Shown: positions 20,130 to 28,014 of the stretch, piece by piece
Numbering within the stretch: position 1 is the first letter of the stretch
Layout: each line of letters opens with the position of its first letter
Source: Clostridia bacterium
GTDB lineage: Bacteria; Bacillota; Clostridia; UBA1381; UBA9506
Direction of reading: 5' to 3'
Length of the DNA stretch: 64,000 nt
NCBI GenBank assembly: GCA_017549205.1
Contig: JAFYVH010000014.1
Coordinates: forward strand, 27,437-91,436
The notes under the pieces: model-generated
The model's database searches: none
What the model saw: only the letters and a program-made list of their open reading frames with translations
What the model was told of the DNA's origin: nothing
Program-made: the position numbers and the translations under genes

Positions 20130-20735
20130 TTATTTTGTCTGGGCTGCCGGTGTGTAATTCTCTAAAACCTCAGCTTTAACAATGACAGGCTTTTTTACCA
20201 GTTCATCTTTTTGAATGCCACGGGTGGGCATTGCTGCAATCGCATCAGCCAACTCAATCCCCTCTACCACCTTACCAAAGGTGGCATATTGACCGTCTAA
20301 ATATGATTGTTCTGCCGTCATGATGAAAAACTGACCACTGGCAGAATTGGGGTCAGATGTGCGTGCCAGGGAAATAACGCCGCGCTCATGCTTTAGGTTA
20401 TTTTCAAAGCCATTATCTGAAAATTCGCCTTTGACTGTCCGCTTATAACCACCAACGCCAAAGCCGTCAGCCGAGCCGCCCTGAATCAAGCCGGGAATGG
20501 TGCGGTGAAACACCTTGCCATCATAATAACCGGACTTTATACAATCTAAAAATAACGCAACACTTTTAGGTGCCACCTCTGGATACAATTCAATAATGAA
20601 AGCACCCTCCTCCAATGTGAGTTTAACAAAGGTATGCTCTTTCACCTCACCTGTTGTGTCACCAGAGCCGCAGCCTGTAAAAACACACACAAGCACTAAA
20701 ACTAACGCCAACAACAAACATAATTTTTTAATCAT
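20130..20735 (-). CDS. peptidyl-prolyl cis-trans isomerase (cyclophilin type), lipoprotein
   Basis: Signal peptide with lipobox LVCVFTGC, and cyclophilin core FHRTIPGLIQGG ... SASGQFFI. Start at MIKKL (GGGAGAGAG RBS). Confidence 0.85.
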   Translation of the reverse strand: MIKKLCLLLALVLVLVCVFTGCGSGDTTGEVKEHTFVKLTLEEGAFIIELYPEVAPKSVALFLDCIKSGYYDGKVFHRTIPGLIQGGSADGFGVGGYKRTVKGEFSDNGFENNLKHERGVISLARTSDPNSASGQFFIMTAEQSYLDGQYATFGKVVEGIELADAIAAMPTRGIQKDELVKKPVIVKAEVLENYTPAAQTK

Positions 20736-20875
20736 TTTCTCTCTCCCGTCTTTATTAAATTCAAACACAAAACCACTCTGGAGCATAATGCCCATATGCT
20801 ATCATTATAAACTTACAAGGCTCTGTTGTCAAGTTGGCTCAAAAATCATCCAACAAAAGAAAAACAACATTTTTA

Positions 20876-20904
20876 TTGAAATCACACTCCCCCTGTGATA
20901 TAAT
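20876..20904 (+). promoter_or_regulatory. sigma-A type promoter for the membrane-protein / sigma-factor / tRNA-Gly unit
   Basis: TTGAAA (20876-20881), 17-nt spacer, TGATATAAT (extended -10, TATAAT 20899-20904). The ORF-track ATG 20905 would lie upstream of the predicted transcription start. Confidence 0.65.
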
Positions 20905-20982
20905 ATGTTCATTAACAGCTTGATTTTTAACTTTCCTGCCACTTTGCAAGACAGAAACAGAAGAAAGGTGTCGATTGAGTTA

Positions 20983-21639
20983 ATGGAAGACGCTTTAAAA
21001 CAGAAAAACACTTCATTTAAGAAAAAAATTGAAAATTTTTGGTATTATTATAAAACACTAGTCTTAATTGTATTTGCTTTACTTGCCTTAGCTGCCATGA
21101 TCATCTTTCTTAATTCCGGCAAGGCCACTTCCGATTTAAACATTTCTCTCACCACGGCCGGTGCATTGACGGAAATGGACATTAACTTTAATGAAGGCCT
21201 GCCCGGTTTGATTAAAGATATTAACGGTGACGGCGAGGCAAACATCACCATATCCCGTCAGTTTATCACTGAGGACGAAAATGACGAAAGCACCGAGGCA
21301 TATTTGCAGACCTTAGAGGGGCAACTTGCTCATAAGGGTGCCACGCTTTTTATTGCAGATGGCATCACCCGGGACATTTTACTCAAAAAAGATGCTTTTT
21401 GCTATTTAGACGAATTTTTTAACATTGATGAATTTGGCGATCGTGTTATGTTCCGGAATGAAAAACCCATCGCTTTCTCTCTAAAAGGCAGCCGGGTTTT
21501 AAAAGATATGCAGTTTGCCTATGACGATTTATATGCATTCATTCTTTTTAAGCGTCCCGAGGATGCAAATGACCCCAGCTCTATTTTGGAATATGAAAAC
21601 GCCGTGGCCGTTCTTTCTGCCCTGATGGAGCAAGAATAA
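20983..21639 (+). CDS. hypothetical type-II (N-in) single-pass membrane protein
   Basis: ~22-aa basic N-terminus, one TM (TLVLIVFALLALAAMIIFL), and a ~170-aa acidic extracytoplasmic domain. I recognise no family. Start inferred from the promoter position. Confidence 0.55.
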   Translation: MEDALKQKNTSFKKKIENFWYYYKTLVLIVFALLALAAMIIFLNSGKATSDLNISLTTAGALTEMDINFNEGLPGLIKDINGDGEANITISRQFITEDENDESTEAYLQTLEGQLAHKGATLFIADGITRDILLKKDAFCYLDEFFNIDEFGDRVMFRNEKPIAFSLKGSRVLKDMQFAYDDLYAFILFKRPEDANDPSSILEYENAVAVLSALMEQE

Positions 21640-21677
21640 AAATCCGTTCCTCACCTTTAAAGCAAAGGAGTTTTCTC

Positions 21678-22421
21678 ATGGATATTGCAGTCTCTGACGA
21701 ACAGACCCTGTTTGAGCAATATTGTACGACACATGATGCTGCTCTGTTGGACAAAATAATGGATACCTATCAATACATGACCACAATTTTAGCCCGTCGT
21801 TTTGTGGGCAAAGGTCTTGAGTATGACGATATTTATCAATCGGCCTCCATTGGTTTAATGAATGCGGTAAAGCGGTTTGACCCCAGTCGTGGCGTTCGTT
21901 TTTCCACCTTTGCCACCCCTACCATTTTGGGTGAAATCAAGCGTTTATTCCGGGACAAAGGCAACTGCATCCGTGTCCCCAGACGAATGTATGAAATTTT
22001 TTCAAAGGCAAACACCCTGCGTAACGAAGAGCTGGTACGCACCGGCAAAACACCCAGTCTTGAAGAGTTATCCCAGGCGCTTGGCTTCTCTGTTGAACAA
22101 CTTGCTCAGGCAATGTTTTGGGGCGACAATCGAACGGTTCACTCTTTTGAGCAATCCATCGACGATGAAGATGCCATTTTGGCAGATTGCATCGGCGTGG
22201 AAGACGATGCTTTTTTAATGATTGAAAATCACGATTTTATTGAAAGTTTCATCCATTCTCTCCCCCAGCGCGAGCAGCAATTTATTCAATACCGTTTTTA
22301 TGAAGAAATGACACAGACAGAAATCGCCCACCTGATGCATACATCACAAATGAATATTTCTCGCTTGGAAAGAAAAGTTCTTTCACATTTGCGTCAGTTT
22401 TATGACCAGAGCATTAATTAA
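21678..22421 (+). CDS. RNA polymerase sigma factor, SigB/SigF/SigG subfamily
   Basis: Region 2 (DDIYQSASIGLMNAVKRFDPSRGVRFSTFATPTILGEIKRLFRD), VPRR, and region 4.2 HTH (TQTEIAHLMHTSQMNISRLERKVLSHL). AAAGGAG RBS. Confidence 0.85.
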   Translation: MDIAVSDEQTLFEQYCTTHDAALLDKIMDTYQYMTTILARRFVGKGLEYDDIYQSASIGLMNAVKRFDPSRGVRFSTFATPTILGEIKRLFRDKGNCIRVPRRMYEIFSKANTLRNEELVRTGKTPSLEELSQALGFSVEQLAQAMFWGDNRTVHSFEQSIDDEDAILADCIGVEDDAFLMIENHDFIESFIHSLPQREQQFIQYRFYEEMTQTEIAHLMHTSQMNISRLERKVLSHLRQFYDQSIN

Positions 22422-22437
22422 CCTTCCCCTTGAGCAA

Positions 22438-22512
22438 GCGGGAATGGCTCAACGGTAGAGCGTCACCTTCCCAAGGTGAATGTTGCGAGTTCGAATCTCG
22501 TTTCCCGCTCCA
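22438..22512 (+). tRNA. tRNA-Gly (anticodon CCC), CCA encoded
   Basis: Cloverleaf read by hand: acceptor GCGGGAA/TTCCCGC, D arm GCTC..GAGC, anticodon stem TCACC/GGTGA with loop TTCCCAA, T arm GCGAG-TTCGAAT-CTCGT, then discriminator T + CCA. Confidence 0.9.
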
Positions 22513-22515
22513 AAA

Positions 22516-22556
22516 AAAGCCGCCAATTTCAATACGAAATTGGCGGCTTTTTTTTT
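22516..22556. terminator. rho-independent terminator after tRNA-Gly (bidirectional with the DHHW gene)
   Basis: AAAGCCGCCAATTT / AAATTGGCGGCTTT stem followed by T9, with an A-run on the 5' side. Confidence 0.88.
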
Positions 22557-22582
22557 AATCATTATTATTCTTGGCACAATAC

Positions 22583-23689
22583 TTATCTCATGGCCAAACT
22601 GTTATTTAATAGGCTCGTGCTGTAGACAAATAAAACATCACAGTTTTCAAACTCCACCAAATTGCCCACAAATGCACTTTGGACATAGCGGATATCCACA
22701 ACCGTTATTTTGGCATAGCCCTCTGCCAAAAGGGGCGCCAGGCTGCTGCCAAAGGAATCTCTAAAAATCACCAGTTCTTTATCGGTTTTTGCATTGGGAT
22801 TTTCAATGGTTACAAGTGGCGTTGTGCCCGATAAAAACATTTCATAAGGGTCTTTGCCATAGGCCTTTTCCATGTTATAAAGCAAGCCCTCTTTACCTAT
22901 ACCCGTGTCATAATAAGTCACACAGCACGCATCGAGTGTATCATTTGTGAGGTAGACAATTTCATCGGATTTGGTGGGCAAGGCCAGCTGACCTGCATAC
23001 ACGCCATAAAACGGATAATCCAGTTTATTTTCTTTATATGCAGCCGAAACATCTACACCCATGGCTGTGCCGATCTTTTCGGCAATGTCTATAATCTTTT
23101 CCTGCCGCCAATGACTGTCTGTTGTGTAGTAATCCTCCAGCCCAAGCAAGTCCGTCACATCAATATAGGTCATGTAGCTTGTTTTTTCTTTTATTTTCTC
23201 TGTAAACGCCCTATAATCCAAAGACGGATACCCATTGGGTGACGCTAATAGAAAATTCTTATCAGGAATAACAGAAAAATAAACATTTGTGTTTTTATCT
23301 TTCATATAGGTGTTATAAAGATAGGCAAAGCGTTCTGCCGCATGGTCCATCATTTGCGGATTTTCCTCGCTGTCCAGCTTGGAAATATGCCCCTCTGCAA
23401 CAAAAAGTCCATTATTATCAAGCTTTTTAAAAACCGTTTTGCTAAACCAGGCTTTCACACTGCGGAACATGTCTCTGTAAGGAAAGCGCTCGGTTGCATA
23501 GGTTTCAAAATTCTGTGCAAATTCGCCGCTTGCAAAAGTGCTCACCGAAAAGTTTGGAAAACTTGCCAGTTCTCTTCTCTCGCTTTCAGAAAAAACCTCT
23601 GCAGGCTTCACAATGCACAGCACCGAAATGCAAAGCAAAAGAAACGAAAATATAAATGTTGTTATAATGTTTTTTCTTTTATTATTCAT
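22583..23689 (-). CDS. DHHW-family / AlgJ-PatB-like SGNH-type extracytoplasmic acyltransferase
   Basis: N-terminal TM anchor, the YYTTDSHW block (the DxHW signature of the DHHW/AlgJ-like family), and FRDSFGS. Lies directly downstream of an MBOAT gene. Confidence 0.7.
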   Translation of the reverse strand: MNNKRKNIITTFIFSFLLLCISVLCIVKPAEVFSESERRELASFPNFSVSTFASGEFAQNFETYATERFPYRDMFRSVKAWFSKTVFKKLDNNGLFVAEGHISKLDSEENPQMMDHAAERFAYLYNTYMKDKNTNVYFSVIPDKNFLLASPNGYPSLDYRAFTEKIKEKTSYMTYIDVTDLLGLEDYYTTDSHWRQEKIIDIAEKIGTAMGVDVSAAYKENKLDYPFYGVYAGQLALPTKSDEIVYLTNDTLDACCVTYYDTGIGKEGLLYNMEKAYGKDPYEMFLSGTTPLVTIENPNAKTDKELVIFRDSFGSSLAPLLAEGYAKITVVDIRYVQSAFVGNLVEFENCDVLFVYSTSLLNNSLAMR

Positions 23690-23701
23690 ATAATCGCCTC
23701 C

Positions 23702-25102
23702 TTAAAACCTGAAATATAAGAACGGATTAAAAGCGCCATCAGCAAGGTAAGCTGTTGCCAAAAGCAGCAGACAAACCAAAAGGGGAATTTCTAAAACATC
23801 CCAAACTGCAGAAACAGTCTTATTTTTTCGGCACTTTTCAAGCAACAATTTGGGCAACGGCGTAGCGGCCAAAATGGCAATAATCATAACAACGCCATAG
23901 CTTTTAAGGTAATACCAAAAGCCCTCTGAAACCATAGGCAGTCCCCCCGCACCAAACATGCCGCCCACATGAGAAATTGCTTCTGTCATGGAGCCTGCAC
24001 CAAAAATGGCAAAGCTAATGGCCACAAAAAATAAAACATAGATGTGACCAATGGTCTTAAAGCGTTCTAATGTCTTTCCAAAAAAGAATTTTTCAAGGGC
24101 AAGTAGCACGCCGAAATATAAGCCCCAAACAATGAAATTCCACTCTGCCCCATGCCAGAAACCCGTTAAAAACCAAACGGTGAAAATGTTAAAGAGCATT
24201 CTGCCCCGCCGAACACGGTTGCCACCCATGGGAATGTAAACATAGTCGCGGAACCAGGAGCCTAAAGACATATGCCATCTGCGCCAGAATTCGCTGATGC
24301 TCTTTGAAATGAAGGGATAATTGAAGTTTTCCAAAAAGTCAAAAGCAAATATTTTGCCAAGACCGATAGCCATGTCGCTATAGCCTGAAAAATCAAAATA
24401 AACCTGCAGCATATAGGCAAAAACATAAAGCCAATAAAATAAAACGGATTTATCACCCGCCGCCAAAAAGGCTGTGCAAAATTCACCCAGAGTGTTAGCA
24501 AGCAACACTTTTTTTGAAAGACCAACAATAAACCGCCGGATACCCTGAGAAACTTTTTCAAAGCTGTGTTCTCTGTTGGTCAACTCTCTTTCCACATCAA
24601 CATAACGCACAATGGGACCTGCTATTAGCTGGGGAAACAGCACAACATAGGTTGCAAGGGTGATGGGATTTTTTTGTGCGTGCGTGTTACTTCTATACAC
24701 ATCAATAACATAGCTCAAAGTCTGAAAAGTGTAAAAGCTGATGCCGATAGGCAAAACCACATGCAAAAGCGGAGCTGAAAGACCTGTTACTCGGTTAAAG
24801 TTCGCAATGAAAAAATCGGCATATTTAAAATAGCCCAAAAAACCCAGATTGATGACCGTTGCCACAATCATAAACAGCTTGGATAAGGGTTTTCCCTTAC
24901 ATTTTTCAATTAAAAGCGCCAGGCCATAATTAATCGCTATGGTTGCCATCATCAAAAAGACATATTTCGGCTCACCCCAGGCATAAAACAAAAGACTGAA
25001 CAATAAAAGAACCGTGTTTTTTAGCCTTTTGGGTACTGCCAGATAAACCAATATGACGCAGGGCAAAAAATAATATAAAAAAGGAATGCCTGAAAAAACC
25101 AT
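23702..25102 (-). CDS. MBOAT-family membrane-bound O-acyltransferase (AlgI/DltB/PatA-like)
   Basis: About 10-11 TM segments. Signature FWRRWHMSLGSWFRDYVYIPMGG with the conserved histidine. Confidence 0.88.
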   Translation of the reverse strand: MVFSGIPFLYYFLPCVILVYLAVPKRLKNTVLLLFSLLFYAWGEPKYVFLMMATIAINYGLALLIEKCKGKPLSKLFMIVATVINLGFLGYFKYADFFIANFNRVTGLSAPLLHVVLPIGISFYTFQTLSYVIDVYRSNTHAQKNPITLATYVVLFPQLIAGPIVRYVDVERELTNREHSFEKVSQGIRRFIVGLSKKVLLANTLGEFCTAFLAAGDKSVLFYWLYVFAYMLQVYFDFSGYSDMAIGLGKIFAFDFLENFNYPFISKSISEFWRRWHMSLGSWFRDYVYIPMGGNRVRRGRMLFNIFTVWFLTGFWHGAEWNFIVWGLYFGVLLALEKFFFGKTLERFKTIGHIYVLFFVAISFAIFGAGSMTEAISHVGGMFGAGGLPMVSEGFWYYLKSYGVVMIIAILAATPLPKLLLEKCRKNKTVSAVWDVLEIPLLVCLLLLATAYLADGAFNPFLYFRF

Positions 25103-25168
25103 AGGTCACCTCATATATTCAAAAACGAACGCTTTTATGTGGCGTTCGTTTTTGCTTCGTTACTGTTT

Positions 25169-25861
25169 TTATTCTTCGCTGAATTCTTTGGGGCACATAA
25201 CAAAGAACACTTTGTTCCCTGCGCTGCCTGCTACCATTTCTTCAGCTTCAACGCAGATGTTCCAGCGCAAATCAGCGTTTGCTTTTAATGTGGCAATAAA
25301 GCCGGAAGCATCAGTGCCGTCTTCAAGCACAAAAACATAGCCTATAAAAGGAACAGAACCGATAACGGGTCCAAACATGGCACCTTCTTTAAAACCATTA
25401 ATTTCAGCGTTACCAAAGCCGGAAAGCAGACCCGGTTCAACGGCCATGGTAGCACCGGAGAACGGGATGATGGGATTGGTCACAATGGCATTAGCCAAAG
25501 CTTCAGCTCCTGTATAAGATGCAGCTTTCTGATTAAAATCTGCCAACAGCTTTTGTCCCACGGTTTTTGCCTGTTCCTGAGGCTTTTCGCTGGGAGTGGA
25601 TTCCGGAGCGGGCGCCGGTGTTTCTGCAGGTTTTTCTGCTGGTTTTTGTGTCGGTTTTTCAGAAGGTTTTTCTGTTTCGGGAGATTTTTCCTCTTCTTTT
25701 ACATCTTCCTCTGTCTCTTTGTCTATTTCAACCATTTCTTCCACTTGCTGTTCTTTGTCTAAAACTTCTGAATCTGCATCATTGACCTTGCCGGCGCAAG
25801 CCGCTAAGGTCAGGGCGGTAGCAATGGCCAAAAGCAGTGCAATCATTCTTTTTGTTTTCAT
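25169..25861 (-). CDS. hypothetical lipoprotein with E/K/P-rich linker
   Basis: Signal peptide plus lipobox (LTLAAC), ~90-aa low-complexity linker (EKP/PEK repeats), and a ~130-aa C-terminal globular domain of unknown family. AAGGAG RBS before MKTKR. Confidence 0.6.
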   Translation of the reverse strand: MKTKRMIALLLAIATALTLAACAGKVNDADSEVLDKEQQVEEMVEIDKETEEDVKEEEKSPETEKPSEKPTQKPAEKPAETPAPAPESTPSEKPQEQAKTVGQKLLADFNQKAASYTGAEALANAIVTNPIIPFSGATMAVEPGLLSGFGNAEINGFKEGAMFGPVIGSVPFIGYVFVLEDGTDASGFIATLKANADLRWNICVEAEEMVAGSAGNKVFFVMCPKEFSEE

Positions 25862-25989
25862 GTTCATTCTCCTTATCACAATAAATTATGTGTTGATGTA
25901 CAACTTTCAAAATATATGACGATGAATTTTGAAAAAAGTTCCACCAAATTCAAAAAATTTAAGGTAATATTTTCATACAATACAATTTA

Positions 25990-26020
25990 TAAAAAACGCC
26001 ATAGCTTTCACACTATGGCG
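25990..26020 (-). terminator. rho-independent terminator of the 26071-26664 membrane-protein gene
   Basis: CGCCATAG / CTATGGCG stem. The A6 on + gives a T-run on the - strand. Confidence 0.7.
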
Positions 26021-26070
26021 CTCAGGTAACTTCTCTTTGAGGTCGCCTGTTGTATTCATTTTATAACTTT

Positions 26071-26664
26071 TTAAGCGGAATGTTTGCGAAGTCTATTATA
26101 ATTGAGCGATATTGGCAACACCTTGGCTTTATACAGCGGTGTGTAAATGACCAAAACAATGGCAAAATCAATGCAGTGATGAATGAAAGTGCCAAGACCA
26201 ACCGTTACCAATATGTATTCTGCAATGGAGGCCGGTGCCTCAATCACAGCCAATGAAACAACACCCACCAGCATTTCGCTGGCCGCATGAACAAGACCGG
26301 TTAAAAGCAAAATAAGGAAAACATTATATTCGCGTTTAGCCATGTAATAACCGAACAAACCAAAAATCAAATGAACAAAAGCTCGTGCAGAAACCCAGGG
26401 ATTTGCCAAAGCCATAAAGAAGCCAAGCGCACTGCCAATGGCTGTGCCGATAACAGCAGAGGGACCAATGAACAGGGCTAAAATGCCGGGAACATGTGCT
26501 GCAAATGTTGCAGAAAAGATTGGCTCTAAAACAAGCTTGAAGGGCATGTACATGGGAATAATCATGGCAATAGCCGTTAAAAGAGCTGACATGGTAATTT
26601 TCTTAACATTGAGAGTTGATTTGGTGTTCAGTCTTGATGGTGTGTTCATGTAAACATTCTCCAT
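26071..26664 (-). CDS. integral membrane protein, ECF-transporter S-component-like (substrate unknown)
   Basis: ~190 aa with about six hydrophobic segments, the size and shape of ECF S components. The start could instead be ATG 26649 (GGAG 9 nt upstream). Confidence 0.5.
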   Translation of the reverse strand: MENVYMNTPSRLNTKSTLNVKKITMSALLTAIAMIIPMYMPFKLVLEPIFSATFAAHVPGILALFIGPSAVIGTAIGSALGFFMALANPWVSARAFVHLIFGLFGYYMAKREYNVFLILLLTGLVHAASEMLVGVVSLAVIEAPASIAEYILVTVGLGTFIHHCIDFAIVLVIYTPLYKAKVLPISLNYNRLRKHSA

Positions 26665-26748
26665 TCTGCCTTTTGGGCGAAATAATTTTGTTCTCCTGTT
26701 TGTAACCCTTATAAAAGGGCAGCGTATAATGGGTATGAGGTGAACATT

Positions 26749-27141
26749 ATGTTTTTTTCTATTGTTCGTGACGCTGTTACATTATTTTTATTACTTTATG
26801 CCATAATTGATGTAGCAAATAAAATTGCAGCCTTTTTATGTCATATTCTTGCTCCAAAAAAATGTTCCTGCATTGCTATCTCCGTTTTGCCTTTATCAGA
26901 ATGCTCTTGCCACAATGCCGAATATCACATTCGCACTCTTTTAAAGCAAAGCCGAAATATTCTTTTAATCGAGGACGGATGTGACGCCGAAACAGCTATC
27001 ATTGCCAAAAAGTTAAGCTGCGAATATGAATATGTAAGACTGGTTTCATTTTCTGAATGTTTAGAGCTGCTCACACCTCAAAGAATGATAAATATTTATG
27101 AAGCAAGTGATAAAGCGGCAAACCTAAGCACAAACAAATGA
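26749..27141 (+). CDS. hypothetical small membrane-anchored protein with two CSC motifs
   Basis: GAGGTG RBS 6 nt before ATG 26749. N-terminal hydrophobic helix, KKCSCIA and SECSCHN motifs. The 3' 71 nt overlap the convergent queT. Confidence 0.45.
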   Translation: MFFSIVRDAVTLFLLLYAIIDVANKIAAFLCHILAPKKCSCIAISVLPLSECSCHNAEYHIRTLLKQSRNILLIEDGCDAETAIIAKKLSCEYEYVRLVSFSECLELLTPQRMINIYEASDKAANLSTNK

Positions 27142-27547
27142 CCAGCTCGCCCGCGCCAACAGTTACCATGTTTAAAAGAAGTGTCGGCGAATCGGGAACA
27201 ACAAAATATAGCATACTGCCCACTAAGACTGCATTGGACACAACCGGTGCCAACATAGCAAGCCATGGTTTTTTTCGCAAAAACCTTGTTCCTAAAGCGC
27301 CAATGCAGGTTGCAAGAGAGCCAATGATAATATCATAAAGTCCATAACCGCCGATTAAGTTGGCGACCACGCAGCCCACGGTCAAGCCCGGAATTGAACA
27401 GGGCATAAAAAGAGGAAAAGCCGTTAAAGCCTCGGCAATACGAAATTGCACAGGACCATAAGATATCCATGAAAAAGCCAGGGTCAGCACTGCATAAAGT
27501 GCTGCAACAACTGCCCCAAAAACTAATGCTCTTGTATTTTTTTTCAT
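27071..27547 (-). CDS. queT: queuosine-precursor transporter QueT (ECF S component family)
   Basis: 158 aa. The ISYGPVQFRIAEALT motif and overall hydrophobic pattern are typical of QueT. Confidence 0.8.
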   Translation of the reverse strand: MKKNTRALVFGAVVAALYAVLTLAFSWISYGPVQFRIAEALTAFPLFMPCSIPGLTVGCVVANLIGGYGLYDIIIGSLATCIGALGTRFLRKKPWLAMLAPVVSNAVLVGSMLYFVVPDSPTLLLNMVTVGAGELVICLCLGLPLYHLLHKYLSFFEV

Positions 27548-27562
27548 GATTTTATCACCTTT

Positions 27563-27985
27563 TTAATGCTCACAGTTGCCGCAGCAACCGTCGCAATGCT
27601 TTTTGGGTTCAAAAGGCAGACCCTGTCTTTCGTGATAATCTGCCAAAGCGGCTTCAATGGCTTCTTCTGCCAAAACAGAACAATGGATTTTGGCTGTGGG
27701 CAGACCGTCTAAAGCTTCCATAACGGCTTTGTTAGTCAGCTGTCTTGCCTCTTCAATGGTTTTTCCTTTAACCAGTTCGGTTGCCATAGAACTGGTTGCA
27801 ATGGCTGCACCGCAACCAAAGGTTTTAAATTTGCAATCTTTAATAATACCATCTTCAATTTTCATATACATTTTCATGATGTCGCCGCATTTGGCGTTAC
27901 CGACCTGACCGACAGCATTAGCATCTTCAATTTCACCCACATTTCTGGGGTTTTGGAAATGATCCATAACTTTTTCACTATACAT
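27563..27985 (-). CDS. nifU: Fe-S cluster assembly scaffold (NifU/IscU type)
   Basis: Three conserved Cys contexts (GNAKCGD, FGCGAAIATSS, KIHCS) and a C-terminal CDGCCGNCEH tail. Start at MYSEKV (AAGGAG upstream). Confidence 0.9.
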   Translation of the reverse strand: MYSEKVMDHFQNPRNVGEIEDANAVGQVGNAKCGDIMKMYMKIEDGIIKDCKFKTFGCGAAIATSSMATELVKGKTIEEARQLTNKAVMEALDGLPTAKIHCSVLAEEAIEAALADYHERQGLPFEPKKHCDGCCGNCEH

Positions 27986-28014
27986 AATATTAAATACTCC
28001 TTTTTCTACACCAC

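Noticed and set aside
20905-20982. The ORF-track N-terminal extension of the membrane protein, and similar 5' extensions at 176, 870, 5241, 7333, 12039, 14556, 16380, 17251, 18345, 20795, 25879, 28018, 29271, 29762, 32362, 37244, 40406, 49681, 55028, 57915 and 59998.
   Set aside because: In each case the extension lacks an RBS, overlaps a promoter or a neighbouring gene, or precedes a canonical family N-terminus that has a good Shine-Dalgarno sequence. I chose the downstream starts.
25553-25919. Three overlapping + strand ORFs (69-107 aa) rich in Phe, Cys and Arg or in Ser.
   Set aside because: They are antisense reading frames of the repetitive GAA/AAA/CCx linker of the lipoprotein gene, an artefact of the low-complexity repeat.
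26665-26748. Small hairpin CCCTT-ATAA-AAGGG in the divergent intergenic region, considered as a preQ1-I or other mini-riboswitch for the S-component-like gene.
   Set aside because: The loop is only 4 nt, and there is no A-rich ACUA tail arrangement or pseudoknot potential resembling preQ1-I. It is more likely just promoter-region sequence.
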